From contig CP128821.1 of NCBI GenBank assembly GCA_051546255.1, positions 434,001-498,000 of the forward strand: DNA of 64,000 nucleotides. The letters run 5' to 3'. The notes beneath the pieces were generated by a model. That model made no database searches. It was not told where the DNA came from and saw only the letters and a program-made list of their open reading frames with translations. Every line of letters starts with the position of its first letter. The first letter of the stretch is position 1. Origin of the DNA: Meyerozyma guilliermondii. Its lineage: Eukaryota. Position numbers and translations under genes: made by a program. Below, piece after piece: positions 22,141 through 33,151 of the stretch.

Positions 22141-23439
22141 ATGTCCAGTGGCGACTTCCTCACAAAGGGCATCGAATTGGTTCAAAAAGCCATAGATGCT
22201 GATACAGCAACGAGGTATGAAGAAGCTTACAAACTTTACTACAATGGTTTAGATTATCTTATGCTTGCTATAAAGTACGAAAAAAACGCCAAATCCAAAG
22301 AGCTCATAAAATCCAAGTTTACCGAGTATTTGACTCGAGCAGAGCAATTGAAAGATCATTTGGAGAAGCAATCACAAAAGTCGAATTCCGCCGAAAATTC
22401 AGCTTCAGGAGGGTCTACAAGGGCCAAGAAGAATGGAGATGGAGACGACGATGATGCAGACACGAAAAAATTACGTGGGGCATTGGCGGGAGCCATTCTT
22501 CTGGAGAAACCTAATGTAGCATGGCTGGATATTGCTGGGCTTGAAGGTGCCAAAGAAGCATTGAAGGAAGCTGTGATTTTGCCAGTCAAGTTTCCACAAC
22601 TTTTCACCGGTAAGAGAAAACCCACGTCGGGAATTTTGTTGTATGGACCTCCTGGTACTGGTAAATCATACTTGGCCAAAGCAGTTGCTACCGAAGCCAA
22701 TTCCACATTTTTCTCGGTTTCGTCGTCAGATTTGGTATCTAAATGGATGGGAGAATCTGAAAGACTTGTTAAACAGCTTTTCACCATGGCTCGGGAAAAC
22801 AAGCCTGCCATTATTTTTATTGATGAAGTAGATGCCTTGTGTGGACCACGAGGCGAGGGCGAAAGTGAAGCGCTGCGTAGAATCAAAACCGAATTGTTGG
22901 TTCAGATGAATGGTGTGGGAAACGATTCCAGCGGAGTTCTTGTTTTGGGCGCAACAAATATTCCATGGCAGCTTGATGCTGCCGTAAGAAGACGGTTTGA
23001 AAGACGGATCTATATAGCATTGCCTGATGCTGAGGCACGAACTCGAATGTTCGAGCTCAATATCGGCGATGTGCCTTGCGAGTGCTCACCGCTGGATTAC
23101 CAGGCTCTTGCTGCGATGACAGAAGGATACTCGGGGCACGATATTGCAGTGGTGGTTCGTGATGCTTTGATGCAACCGATTCGAAAAATTCAGCAAGCCA
23201 CCCATTTCAAGAAAGTGTTGTTGGAAGACGGTTCGGAAAAGCTTACGCCGTGCTCTCCTGGCGACGACGGAGCAATTGAGATGAGCTGGCAAAATGTGGA
23301 GACCGACCAACTCTTGGAACCAGACCTCACCATCAAAGATTTTATCAAGCTGATCAAGAGTAATCGACCTACCGTCAATGCTGCTGACATTGAAAACCAT
23401 ACCAAGTTTACAGAAGACTTTGGGCAGGAGGGGAACTAG
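22141..23439 (+). CDS. VPS4: AAA ATPase Vps4
   Basis: MIT domain, [31 protein letters not shown]. Confidence 0.98.
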   Translation: MSSGDFLTKGIELVQKAIDADTATRYEEAYKLYYNGLDYLMLAIKYEKNAKSKELIKSKFTEYLTRAEQLKDHLEKQSQKSNSAENSASGGSTRAKKNGDGDDDDADTKKLRGALAGAILLEKPNVAWLDIAGLEGAKEALKEAVILPVKFPQLFTGKRKPTSGILLYGPPGTGKSYLAKAVATEANSTFFSVSSSDLVSKWMGESERLVKQLFTMARENKPAIIFIDEVDALCGPRGEGESEALRRIKTELLVQMNGVGNDSSGVLVLGATNIPWQLDAAVRRRFERRIYIALPDAEARTRMFELNIGDVPCECSPLDYQALAAMTEGYSGHDIAVVVRDALMQPIRKIQQATHFKKVLLEDGSEKLTPCSPGDDGAIEMSWQNVETDQLLEPDLTIKDFIKLIKSNRPTVNAADIENHTKFTEDFGQEGN

Positions 23440-23609
23440 AAGGAGAAAGCACAGGAAGAAGAGAAAACCACAAAAAGAAGATAAAACAGATGAAGAAGTT
23501 GAAGCAGATGAATATCCATCGTATTCATCCTACATTCTGGGTCGATGATCCGTTTCGGCTCTTATTGGATTTTATCCTACGGCATATTTAACATAGATAC
23601 TGTTAGACC

Positions 23610-24446
23610 CTATCTCGTTGGGGACCGTTCTCTCAATCTATCGGCAAATAAATCGTCTTCTTCAGCGCGCGATCGGTGATCGAGTCTTTCAGCAAAAAGA
23701 TCGGGCTCTTCCTCCCTTTTTCGGCCTCCGCGTGAACGGTTTTTGTTCCCTCTTCCTCTCCTCTCCCTGTTTCTATACTGTGGCGCACTGCGATCTGGTT
23801 CTCCATGAAACAAGTAGTAGCGAGAGTACGCCGAAGCGTTTTTTATTTTTCTGTCGGATTGAAACGACAACCGGAGAAAAAGCTCAATTGTTCGTGGTCC
23901 CTCGTCATCGTTAGTACTCTCTTCACCATTTTTATCGCCCAATCGGCTGGCTAAACTGATTTGTTTTTTGAAATTTTCAATCGCAGAATACGGCTTTCCC
24001 TCTCTTTCCTGAACCAATTGAGCTACGTACTCCTCTGTGAGTTCAGACGGGGGTTCCTGGTCTAAGTGTGGACCTGCAAACACCGAGAGTTTCGCCAAAG
24101 CAGCAGCGGCTTGTGCATGTGTTTTGAATGCCAAATTCACACTTTCATCATTGATCCATTGAACTCGAAATTGACTTTGTTCGTCGTACGGGAGCTGCTC
24201 GTACACCGGCGCTTCGTCGTCCATGGATTCGGTAACATTGTAGTTGATATAGTAATCTACATAGGCTTTAATGTCGTCGGTGGAAAGATTGTCGACACCA
24301 CGAATATGTACAGCTTCTGGTCTGATAGTTTCTGGGGTTCCATTGACATTTATAGTGATTGCTTGTTGTTTGAGCTTGTTCTCTTGCTCCTTTTCGTCGT
24401 CCAAAGTCTTGGTTAGCAAGCCACCATAGGGTGCTGGTTCAGCCAT
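23610..24446 (-). CDS. NCBP3-like (DUF2414) RRM protein
   Basis: EAVHIRGVDNLSTDDIK, VQWINDESVNL, DRKIKNA..YSRYY. Confidence 0.75.
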   Translation of the reverse strand: MAEPAPYGGLLTKTLDDEKEQENKLKQQAITINVNGTPETIRPEAVHIRGVDNLSTDDIKAYVDYYINYNVTESMDDEAPVYEQLPYDEQSQFRVQWINDESVNLAFKTHAQAAAALAKLSVFAGPHLDQEPPSELTEEYVAQLVQEREGKPYSAIENFKKQISLASRLGDKNGEESTNDDEGPRTIELFLRLSFQSDRKIKNASAYSRYYLFHGEPDRSAPQYRNRERRGRGNKNRSRGGRKREEEPDLFAERLDHRSRAEEDDLFADRLRERSPTR

Positions 24447-24816
24447 TAGAAACGCGAATGAATGAAACTGCGAAAGAGTTAATGAGAAGAAATAAGTGAG
24501 AAGAAATATAAGAAAGAAAAATAAGTGAGAAAGAAGGTGGAGAAAAAGATGAAATGAGGTAGATAAGTACTAGACATGTGAAAGGGTCTGCTAGTAGATT
24601 AATGTCATTGATACTCTATTGTAATGGTGAAATACACTGAACTTACTTCAATAGCTGCATTGGTTCATTTAAAGCCATTTTCTGTTTGTCGTGGTTGATT
24701 TTTTCCGTGTTAATAAATTCCATTTGTACCTCTTTTTAGCTGTTCGTTCCTCTCATTTTGTTACTTGTTCCTATCTTTATTGTTCTGTTCCGAACTTTTG
24801 TAGTTGTTGCTCATTA

Positions 24817-25120
24817 TCAACTCTCATTTGTCTGCTCTCTCACAAACAAAACATTGTTGCATCGTATGAAAATCTCTCCGATGGCCTCTTCCTTGAACTC
24901 ACCGTTCTCCACCACCACCTCATGTGTATTTTCCAACTGCAAGTTCATATAATTGTCGATTGAAACCAACGTTCCTTTATACTCGGTTCTATTCCATTTT
25001 AAACGAACAACCACTGGCTTGTCTACAAGTGTTTTGAGAAACGGCTTGGGATTTATCGGTTGAAACTGAGTTAGTAAATCACTTTTTTTTTTTTGGAAGT
25101 ATTTTACTTACTGTGGCCAT
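24817..25120 (-). CDS. SMX3: Sm core protein SmF; exons 25120-25112 and 25065-24817, 46-nt intron
   Basis: ATGGCCACA|GTAAGT...TACTAACTCAG|TTTCAA gives [13 protein letters not shown]...[17 protein letters not shown]...[11 protein letters not shown]. Confidence 0.93.
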
Positions 25121-25229
25121 TAGCTTGGTTCAGATTTCAATCGCATCTCAATGAAAGGCAGCGCACCCAATGCACCCATAATATGTTTCATGAACACTTC
25201 AGTTCGCGTTCACCACCATTCATTCCAAC

Positions 25230-26543
25230 ATGTCACGTCTCCAGGTGGCTTTGGGTCTTGGTGCCCTCCTCAGAGTGGCTCTACCTGTTTGTATCCCCAG
25301 CATCACCGAGTCTCTTTCAAATACCGTGGAAATCTCCACTCCCATAACATCTTTCAAAGCCATCAAAGAAGCTTTTTACTATTTGGATCATGGCATTGAT
25401 CTTTATGATGGAGGTATAGTACATCACCCGCCACTCTTGGTGGTTCTATTGTCGTTGGTAAATGACTATGTGCCGTCGGCATTGACTCAATTGGCATTTA
25501 GCGTGATTTACACCGCCATTGACTTGTGGATTACTAACCGATTGATCCTCTTGAATAGGTGGTATAATGCAAGGGAAAAGGAAAACTACGAAAAAAAAAG
25601 CAAAGACAAAAGCAAATTGAAGGACGAAACCACTTTGGACCGCTCTTTTGACGGAGTGGCTGATTATATGATCGCCAGCGTTTTCCTCTTTAATCCGCTC
25701 CTTCTTCTCACCACATTATCGTTTTCAACCATCAATTTCACCTTTTTGTTTGTCATCGAGGCGGTAAGTCAAATTACATTAAATCGAAACTACGCTAGAG
25801 CAGTCATTGCATTGGCTTTAGCCACATACTTATCTTGGAGTCCGGTTTTCCTCATTGTACCACTCTTGGCACTTGGCCATTCCGAAAATGTTGCTCCTCT
25901 TGCAGAGTTGTACGCTCAAGGTAGTGGAATTTTCATAACTCTGTGTGGGCTCTTGTTGCTCACGTCATTTGCACTCACCGCCTCATTTGGGTTTGTCGAA
26001 CAATGCTACGGTACAATCATTTTCTTTCTGAAAATCGTGCCCAATGTGGGTCTTTGGTGGTACATTTTTACCGAAATGTTCAATTTTTTCACTCCATTTT
26101 ATCTTGGCGTATTCAACTTGTACTCGGCTATCTTTATCGTCCCTATAAGTGTTCGGTTCTTCAGAAGAGGTGGTTCGGGTGACCCCTTCTTAGCATATTG
26201 GCTCTCATACTTGTGGCTATCGTTCACAAAATCTTACCCTGGAATCGCCGACCTTGGCCTTATGTTATCCATTCTTCCCATTTTTTACAACACAGCCCTT
26301 CCTCACTGCAAATTTTTGGTTGTTACCGCCTTGACATTGATTGTGTGTCTCGTATTATCACCTATCTTTTACCATTGCTGGATAGTGTTGGGAAATGGTA
26401 ACTCTAATTTTTTCTACAGTATGAACTTGGTATGGGGAGCAGTCCACGTTTTGGTGTTTATGGACTTGACGTGGGGCAGACTTACATACGACTACTTGCT
26501 CAAGAACGGAGAAGGAGATGAACCCCGGTTGACCCAAATATAG
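25230..26543 (+). CDS. GAB1: GPI transamidase subunit PIG-U
   Basis: VEISTPITSF, YDGGIVHHPPL, PNVGLWWYIFTEMF, GNGNSNFFY. Confidence 0.95.
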   Translation: MSRLQVALGLGALLRVALPVCIPSITESLSNTVEISTPITSFKAIKEAFYYLDHGIDLYDGGIVHHPPLLVVLLSLVNDYVPSALTQLAFSVIYTAIDLWITNRLILLNRWYNAREKENYEKKSKDKSKLKDETTLDRSFDGVADYMIASVFLFNPLLLLTTLSFSTINFTFLFVIEAVSQITLNRNYARAVIALALATYLSWSPVFLIVPLLALGHSENVAPLAELYAQGSGIFITLCGLLLLTSFALTASFGFVEQCYGTIIFFLKIVPNVGLWWYIFTEMFNFFTPFYLGVFNLYSAIFIVPISVRFFRRGGSGDPFLAYWLSYLWLSFTKSYPGIADLGLMLSILPIFYNTALPHCKFLVVTALTLIVCLVLSPIFYHCWIVLGNGNSNFFYSMNLVWGAVHVLVFMDLTWGRLTYDYLLKNGEGDEPRLTQI

Positions 26544-26574
26544 CAAAATCAGAAATTGCATCCGTATAGGCACA

Positions 26575-26756
26575 GTCACGTGACCACAACTTTTACCAAA
26601 AGATAAGCTTCAGGTGTCGTTGAGAAGACGAAAGTCACATACAGTGGGCCCGAATTCACCTACTGCATTAATATCGGCTCACCGTCATCCTTGCCGGTTT
26701 TCCACCCATCTTCACCATACTCCAGCCGGCGGCTTGTCTGCAGTACCAACCAATCA
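26575..26756. promoter_or_regulatory. QCR2 promoter elements: Cbf1 site and CCAAT box
   Basis: GTCACGTGAC 26575-26584; CCAATCA 26750-26756. Confidence 0.55.
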
Positions 26757-26811
26757 CAGCGCGACAATTTTGTCAGAAAAACCAGTTTGAAAAATCACCT
26801 TTAAAACTATT

Positions 26812-27930
26812 ATGTTGTCTCGCGTGTGTGCCCGTACATACAGCACTGGAGCTGGTGCTGTCAAAGTAAGTGCCAGAGAGTCTGCTGGAAACTTATCCGC
26901 CTTGACTGTGGTCGTAGACAATGCTGGTTCGAAAGCGGGTAAATCAGGTGTGGCCCACTTGTTGTCCCGGTTCAACTTTTTGAACACTGAGCCCAAATCT
27001 GCTTTGAGATTCACCAGAGAGAGCGAGCTCTTGGGAGGCATTGTGTCGTCCAACGTTACCAGAGATGCCATTGTGTTGAAAACTCAATTCTTGAAACAAG
27101 ACTTGCCATATTACGTGGAAGCCTTGGGCAATGTTTTGGCTAAAACTTCGTTTAGACCCCACGAGTTGCCAGAACAGGTGTTGCCAGTTGCATTGGCCGA
27201 AACCGAGGCCGCCTACGCAAGCAATGAATTTACTGCTGTTGAAGAATTGCACCAATTATCATTCAGAACCGGATTGGGTCAACCTCTCTACTATGACGGA
27301 GTCAGTAAAGTCACCCTCGATGACATCAAGGAATTCGCCTCCAAAGCCTACACTGCCAGCAACGTTACTGTGTATGGATCTGGTGTCAATGCCGACGATT
27401 TGAACAAATTTATTTCTGAGTCTGCATTCTCTGAACTTTCTTCAGGAACCTCATCCACCCCAGCCACCAAGAGTTTCAACAACAAGGAGTCTCGCATCAG
27501 AGCTACTGGCGAGTCGGTGGCCGTCATTGGTGTTCCAGTGAAGCCTGCTGACTTTGGCAAGTATGAGCTTTTGTCTGCTGCTGTAGGTTCGTCAGTATTG
27601 GCTGGAGCTCCATCTCCATTGTCCAAGATTGCCGGTGCTACATCGAAGTTGTACAAGTATAAGGACGCTGGATTGTTCGTGGTATCTGTCAAGGGAGCCG
27701 ATGCCAAAGCTGTTGCTTCTGGTATTAAGGAAGCCAAGAATGTTGTCAGCTCGGTTTCCGATGTTAAGGAGGCCACCAAACTTGCCGAGTTGGCAGTGGC
27801 CTTGCAAACCTCGTTCGACAACCCATTAGACATCAAGATCAGTGGTTCTGCATCCCCCGCCAAACTCACCAACTTTAACTACGTTGCTGTTGGTGACGTT
27901 GATGTGTTGCCTTACATTGACGAATTATAA
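26812..27930 (+). CDS. QCR2: Cytochrome bc1 core subunit 2
   Basis: AGSK...GVAHLLSRFNF, SALRFTRESELLGG, NYVAVGDVDVLPY.DEL. Confidence 0.96.
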   Translation: MLSRVCARTYSTGAGAVKVSARESAGNLSALTVVVDNAGSKAGKSGVAHLLSRFNFLNTEPKSALRFTRESELLGGIVSSNVTRDAIVLKTQFLKQDLPYYVEALGNVLAKTSFRPHELPEQVLPVALAETEAAYASNEFTAVEELHQLSFRTGLGQPLYYDGVSKVTLDDIKEFASKAYTASNVTVYGSGVNADDLNKFISESAFSELSSGTSSTPATKSFNNKESRIRATGESVAVIGVPVKPADFGKYELLSAAVGSSVLAGAPSPLSKIAGATSKLYKYKDAGLFVVSVKGADAKAVASGIKEAKNVVSSVSDVKEATKLAELAVALQTSFDNPLDIKISGSASPAKLTNFNYVAVGDVDVLPYIDEL

Positions 27931-27962
27931 ATAAAATGCACATAATAAATGATCGTAAAAAG

Positions 27963-28934
27963 CTATGCTATTTGACTCCACCCTTTCCATATACTGACCA
28001 CCATCGACGGCAAGAGATGTCCATTCATAACGGGCGAACGAAACAAGTTTACCATTGCAAAGCAGAGGATGCTTATGGTGAAAAATGCTGCGCATATAGC
28101 AACAGAGATGAATGTTACCGATGCTAATTTTGAAGATGCTTGAGGCGAGTAACCAGCTTGACTAAGGTGGAGGGAAATTCCGTGGATCAAGGTTTCGTTT
28201 TTGAATTGACAACTAACAAATGTGTCATTGTCAGTACTTAGTCCGGTACATGAAGCACCACATGATGCTACCACAAAATCCACTTTGGAGAGGAATAAGA
28301 TGGGGACGATTTGAACCAACGCATCTTTAAAGCTATGAATGTTTGGCTCGTGTAGTATTCTTTCCTTGTAAAACCACTCAACCATGGCTTTAAAGCGGCC
28401 ATTTTGCAGTCCCCAGAACGCAAGTAAATCGCCTATGAAAAAATCGGAATAGGTGAAGGTATTTGCACCAAATATCATGTAGACACCATAGTTAAAGAGC
28501 GTGTTGAGATAGTTATTGGCATAGAATATCGTCATGAGAAACACGCCTATGCTTCGTAATATCGTTTTCACCACCAAAACCAGCATCTGGAATGTTGGAA
28601 CTGGAATTATTCGAAACCACCAGTGGACTCGAGGATGGTGATTTATGGAGAGGTCGGTGCTCAAAGCGCGGGACAAGCGAGCTATGGCATTGGAGCTGGT
28701 GTGTCGCAACGCATGGATCCAGATGAACGAGCTGGGGAAGCACAAGTCATGGGTGGTGTAGTCGACTTCCATGGTAGGAGAGAATGTGCGGATAAATGCA
28801 GGAAAGCTCATAGCCCACCAGTAAGGGATTGAAAGAAGGTGAAGGGAACCAAAGAACTGGAAAGGAGTGATTGATCTGATCTTATTTGCCGAAAGCTTTG
28901 ACAAATATTCAGTATTTGCAGCAATTGCAGCCAT
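27963..28934 (-). CDS. Orphan multi-pass membrane protein, tandem copy A
   Basis: ATG at 28934, internal MEVDY Met at 28772; several hydrophobic segments; clear paralog at 29565-30380. Confidence 0.7.
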   Translation of the reverse strand: MAAIAANTEYLSKLSANKIRSITPFQFFGSLHLLSIPYWWAMSFPAFIRTFSPTMEVDYTTHDLCFPSSFIWIHALRHTSSNAIARLSRALSTDLSINHHPRVHWWFRIIPVPTFQMLVLVVKTILRSIGVFLMTIFYANNYLNTLFNYGVYMIFGANTFTYSDFFIGDLLAFWGLQNGRFKAMVEWFYKERILHEPNIHSFKDALVQIVPILFLSKVDFVVASCGASCTGLSTDNDTFVSCQFKNETLIHGISLHLSQAGYSPQASSKLASVTFISVAICAAFFTISILCFAMVNLFRSPVMNGHLLPSMVVSIWKGWSQIA

Positions 28935-29564
28935 GGACGCCGCCGACTGGAAACGTTCCACAAGTTCTCGCAGCCATTCGATGGAAATTAATTGTGCAGT
29001 AAATTGAAGCCGTCAACATCATAGCCAATTGCAGTATACAATCGGAGTTATTGTCAATGCTTTGCAATGTCTTTTTCATTGAGACCATAATTTTTGAAAA
29101 AGTCGATGGGATGGCAAATCGGTATTCAATGAATTGCAGTTATGTGCCAATAGAGACGCATTAACGAGACAATAATCCATTCCGCTTTTACTTCCAATCC
29201 GACATCCAGTGGTTGGTTGCTAAGCTTCTGGCCAGTCTAACCAAATCTCGTAACAAGACATTTCAAGATTGGCAACGATAGCATTAAAAATGCGAGAAAA
29301 TAAATCAAAACGTAAAAACTTCCAACGTTTGTACATCTCTCAAACCAGAAAGAGCTATTAACCCTTTTATTGCTGTCCAAATCCAAGCCATGTTCATACT
29401 GTTATATTGATATTTGCAGCCACTCCAGTCCTGTTTTCGCGACGGCATTTATGATCCTCGCACGCCCACATTTTCATCGCTTCATTCTCATCTCCACGCC
29501 AAACACTGTGTGCCTTACATTAACAAATTATGATTAAAATGCAATAATAATTGATGCTATATGG

Positions 29565-30380
29565 CTATGTAGCTATGCTATTTGGGCTCCAGCCTCTCTT
29601 TATACCAGCCACCGCCGACGACACGTGTTGCCCATTGACAACCGGCGAACGTAATATATTCACGGTGGAAAAGAAAAAAATGCTTATGGTGAAAAATGCC
29701 GCCCATAATGCAACTGAAATGAATGTGGTAGATGCTAGTGTTGACGATGCTTGTGGGGAAAAACCAGCCTGATTTAGGTTGTTGAAAATCCCATGGATAA
29801 AGGTTTCGTTTCTGAATTGACAACTAACAAATGTGTCGTTGTGATCACTAATCGCAGTACATGAAGCACCAGATGATGTCACCACAAAGTTGACTTTACT
29901 CCAAAACATGTAGGGGAAAACTTGCCGAAGTCTTTTCAAGAAACGACCAGATGGCTGATGTATAATTTGTTGTTTGTAAACATACTCAACCATGGATTTA
30001 AAGCGACTATTTTGCAGTCCCCAGAATGCAAACAAATCTCCCACGAAATAATCGGAAAACGTGAAGGTGTTTGCACCGAATATCATGTAGGCGCCATAGT
30101 AAAGGATCGTGTCATAATAGTGATTGGCATACAACATCGCCGTGATAATCAAACCCATGCTTCGTACTACCATTTCCATCACCAAAACCAACATCTGGAA
30201 CGATGGAACTGGAATTACTCGAAACCACCAGTGAATTCGAGGATGATGATTTATGGATAAATTGGCATTCAAAGTGCGGGAAAAACGTGCTTTGGCTTCA
30301 GAGACGATGTCCTGCAACATCTCGATCCAGATGAACGCGTTGGAGAAGTTTAAGTCATGGGTGGCGTAGTCGACTTCCAT
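29565..30380 (-). CDS. Orphan multi-pass membrane protein, tandem copy B (shorter N-terminus)
   Basis: MEVDY.THDL, HHPR.HWWFR.IPVP.FQMLVLV, MIFGANTFT, FWGLQN.RFK, DTFVSCQF.NET shared with copy A. Confidence 0.7.
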   Translation of the reverse strand: MEVDYATHDLNFSNAFIWIEMLQDIVSEAKARFSRTLNANLSINHHPRIHWWFRVIPVPSFQMLVLVMEMVVRSMGLIITAMLYANHYYDTILYYGAYMIFGANTFTFSDYFVGDLFAFWGLQNSRFKSMVEYVYKQQIIHQPSGRFLKRLRQVFPYMFWSKVNFVVTSSGASCTAISDHNDTFVSCQFRNETFIHGIFNNLNQAGFSPQASSTLASTTFISVALWAAFFTISIFFFSTVNILRSPVVNGQHVSSAVAGIKRGWSPNSIAT

Positions 30381-31480
30381 GATAAGAGTAGATGGATCAC
30401 AAATGCGAACGTGCAGGAAACCACCTCAGAACCGATAACGAACCATGAAATTGCATTGAGGAGTAGCCAGCCAACAATTGAAAGAGGATAGACTGACCTA
30501 TGCTGAACTATGGTAGCTGCGATTTGAAAATATTCTGTTATTTATGCCATTGTAAATTATTGCAACCATTGTTAATTACAGCCTTTTCAACATTGCAGCC
30601 ATTTTCAATGCAATCGTCTCTAATAATGCCACCAACTCGTATACACTGCCATAGACCAATTGTAACTCTCCCTGCCAGATGAATGTTATTGAGCAAAAAG
30701 TAGAATCTGTCAACATTATTTCCCCAATTGCAATCAAGAGTATACATTCGAAGTTATTGTCATGATTCATAAAAGTGACCTCTTCTCTTCATTGAGACTC
30801 TTAAATAATATCATGATCCTGAACTTTCATGGCAGTAGCAATTGGTCAAGCGTAACGAATATAGGAAATACAGATGGCAGGTACGCTTGAGACAATCCAG
30901 GAATGCAAGTAACCTATTGAAGAGTGTACCCTGCTTTTTTTGGAATCTTAAAGATAACGGTAAAGACTCGACAAAACAGGACACACTCATTCCATTAAGC
31001 TCTTCCTTTTGTATTGAAAGAATAAGTTCAAATCACGAAATTTTCATGGTCCGCAAATCCACTTGATCTCGCACCCAGTGGTCGGTGCCCATCAGTCCAG
31101 TCTATACACCAAATCTCGTACTAATATAATGGGGATATCAGTGAAGCGAGACTATTGAAACACAAAGAATAGGTCAAAGATCGTAGAAGCTCGTAAACAT
31201 CGAAATGAAAGATAGCCATGACATGTAATAGCAGATGAGAAAAAGTAGAAAGAAGCAGCCAAAAAAAGCTGAAAAAGTTCTTTATCGTATCTAACCAATG
31301 GAACGACCACGTAAACCCCAGATGTTTGTATAAATCCTCAAAATTAATGAAAAAGTATACCTAAGGTACTTTTGATTTGCAGCCATTCGGTTCCCTTTTT
31401 TTCGCGACCATATTTATGAGTCGCGCACGCCAATTCTCATCGCTTCTATTCTCAATCTTCAACCTCCAAACAACCACCAC

Positions 31481-31957
31481 ATGTCGGACGCCGAAGAAGC
31501 CTACAACGAGGGTCCAGAAAACTTCGACGACTTTGACCAGCCCGACCACTTTTCGGACGATGAGTTCCAGGAGCCAGAAGGTGATAATGATGCCCAAGCA
31601 GCCAACGGTGATGTGGAGATGAAAGCCGCCGATGGAAGAACAATTGTTAATGGAGGTTTGGGACCTGAAGATTCGTTACGTCGAGCAAAAACCGCCAAGG
31701 AGCTCTCGATCCCCAAGGAAAAGCGTACCACTACGCCATACATGACCAAGTATGAACGAGCTCGTATTTTGGGAACTCGAGCATTGCAAATTTCACTCAA
31801 CGCTCCTGTATTGGTTGATATTGAAGGAGAAACCGACCCATTGCAAATAGCCATGAAGGAATTGACCCAGAGAAAGGTTCCGTTGGTGGTGAGGCGGTAC
31901 TTGCCAGACGGATCGTATGAGGACTGGGGGTGTGATGAGTTGATAGTGGACCACTAG
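31481..31957 (+). CDS. RPO26: RNA polymerase I/II/III shared subunit Rpb6
   Basis: [37 protein letters not shown] element CTCATCGC at 31436. Confidence 0.98.
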   Translation: MSDAEEAYNEGPENFDDFDQPDHFSDDEFQEPEGDNDAQAANGDVEMKAADGRTIVNGGLGPEDSLRRAKTAKELSIPKEKRTTTPYMTKYERARILGTRALQISLNAPVLVDIEGETDPLQIAMKELTQRKVPLVVRRYLPDGSYEDWGCDELIVDH

Positions 31958-32217
31958 CATGTAAAATAGGAAAGAAAGAAGAGAAAAAAGGAAAAGAATA
32001 GTAGGAGAAGGAAAAAAGAGAGAAAGTAGACAGTAATAGTGATTTCGTGTTAAGTTGTTTGGTATGTTCATAGGGCTTAATTCATTAGTCTGAAAGCAGA
32101 TAGCCTGATAAGCCAGTAAGTAGTAGTATAGTCATTCTGTCATTCTGTCATTCCATTGACTTACCATCCTTCTCTTTTTTTGTTCATTTTCTTCTCTTAT
32201 TTCTCTCATTCTCTCTT

Positions 32218-32709
32218 TTACTCAATATACGCATTGATCCACTTTGAAGCCATAAACAACTTCTTTCCATCATTTTGTTCTCGTATAAACCCATCCACAA
32301 GTTTATCAAAACGAGCTCTTTCCAAGCGATGGTCACCCGAGCCAATGCCTCCCAACTGTACCGAACAGCACGCATCTTTGAGCTGGTCAACATCAACTAC
32401 AATATCGTTATTTTTTGTGTCTTCGGAGAACACTTTTACCGCTTCGTAGATTGCTGTTACATCGCCAAATTTTTGAACTTCTTCAGCTATGGTGCTCAGA
32501 AACAGATTAAACGTAACTTCGCCGTTAGAACCAATAGATAACATTTGTTCAAGCTCCTTATTTGAAGGAGTTGCAAGTCCCAAAGATTGGTGCAAATGAA
32601 CCAAATCTTCTTTTGTGATTTTGGAGTCTCGAGAATCGCCGTCTATCAAGGTGAAGGCATTCCGAAGCTGTGTCTTTTGGGCGGGAGTGAGGGTGCGGAG
32701 CGCCAGCAT
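32218..32709 (-). CDS. MLC2: Myosin II regulatory light chain (EF-hand)
   Basis: QLRNAFTLIDGDSRD.KITKEDL EF-hand; GEVTFNLFL; calmodulin-like length. Confidence 0.7.
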   Translation of the reverse strand: MLALRTLTPAQKTQLRNAFTLIDGDSRDSKITKEDLVHLHQSLGLATPSNKELEQMLSIGSNGEVTFNLFLSTIAEEVQKFGDVTAIYEAVKVFSEDTKNNDIVVDVDQLKDACCSVQLGGIGSGDHRLERARFDKLVDGFIREQNDGKKLFMASKWINAYIE

Positions 32710-33151
32710 GGTAGGGGTGGATTATCTGACAAATGATGATAATGTAAACATCGCGAGCGCGAAATGATTTGATCGATTTGAATCGTGAAATCGAATCGAT
32801 ATACTGGGATAATTGACTGGATAACACTATAAGCTCTAGGGTGGAGTGTACGGAAAGAGTAGTGTTAGAATTCCGGATCAGAAGCTTCAAGCAGAAAACT
32901 TCAAGCACAAAGTGAACCAAACCAAAATTCGAGACGTGTATAAGAGTGAGATAATATCAAGTGTATTGAAAAAACAGAAAAAATTCATTACTGAGGGTCA
33001 GAAAACTCACACAGCACCACAAACAACTCGTCTTTGCAAAGCATAAAAGAATTTGAATTTTTACTTTGTTTTCACCTTGTTCACCAGCTATAATCCACCT
33101 ATCGTCAATTCTTTAACCTCATTGTCACCTTTATACTTTATCCTCATTAAC

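Larger units (their letters stand above)
27903..31480. repeat. Diverged tandem duplication, units about 27903-29506 and 29507-31480
   Basis: QCR2 3' end repeated at 29507-29533; RPO26 promoter repeated at about 29413-29506; paralogous ORFs and shared intergenic blocks (about 29195-29255 vs 31065-31120). Confidence 0.85.
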
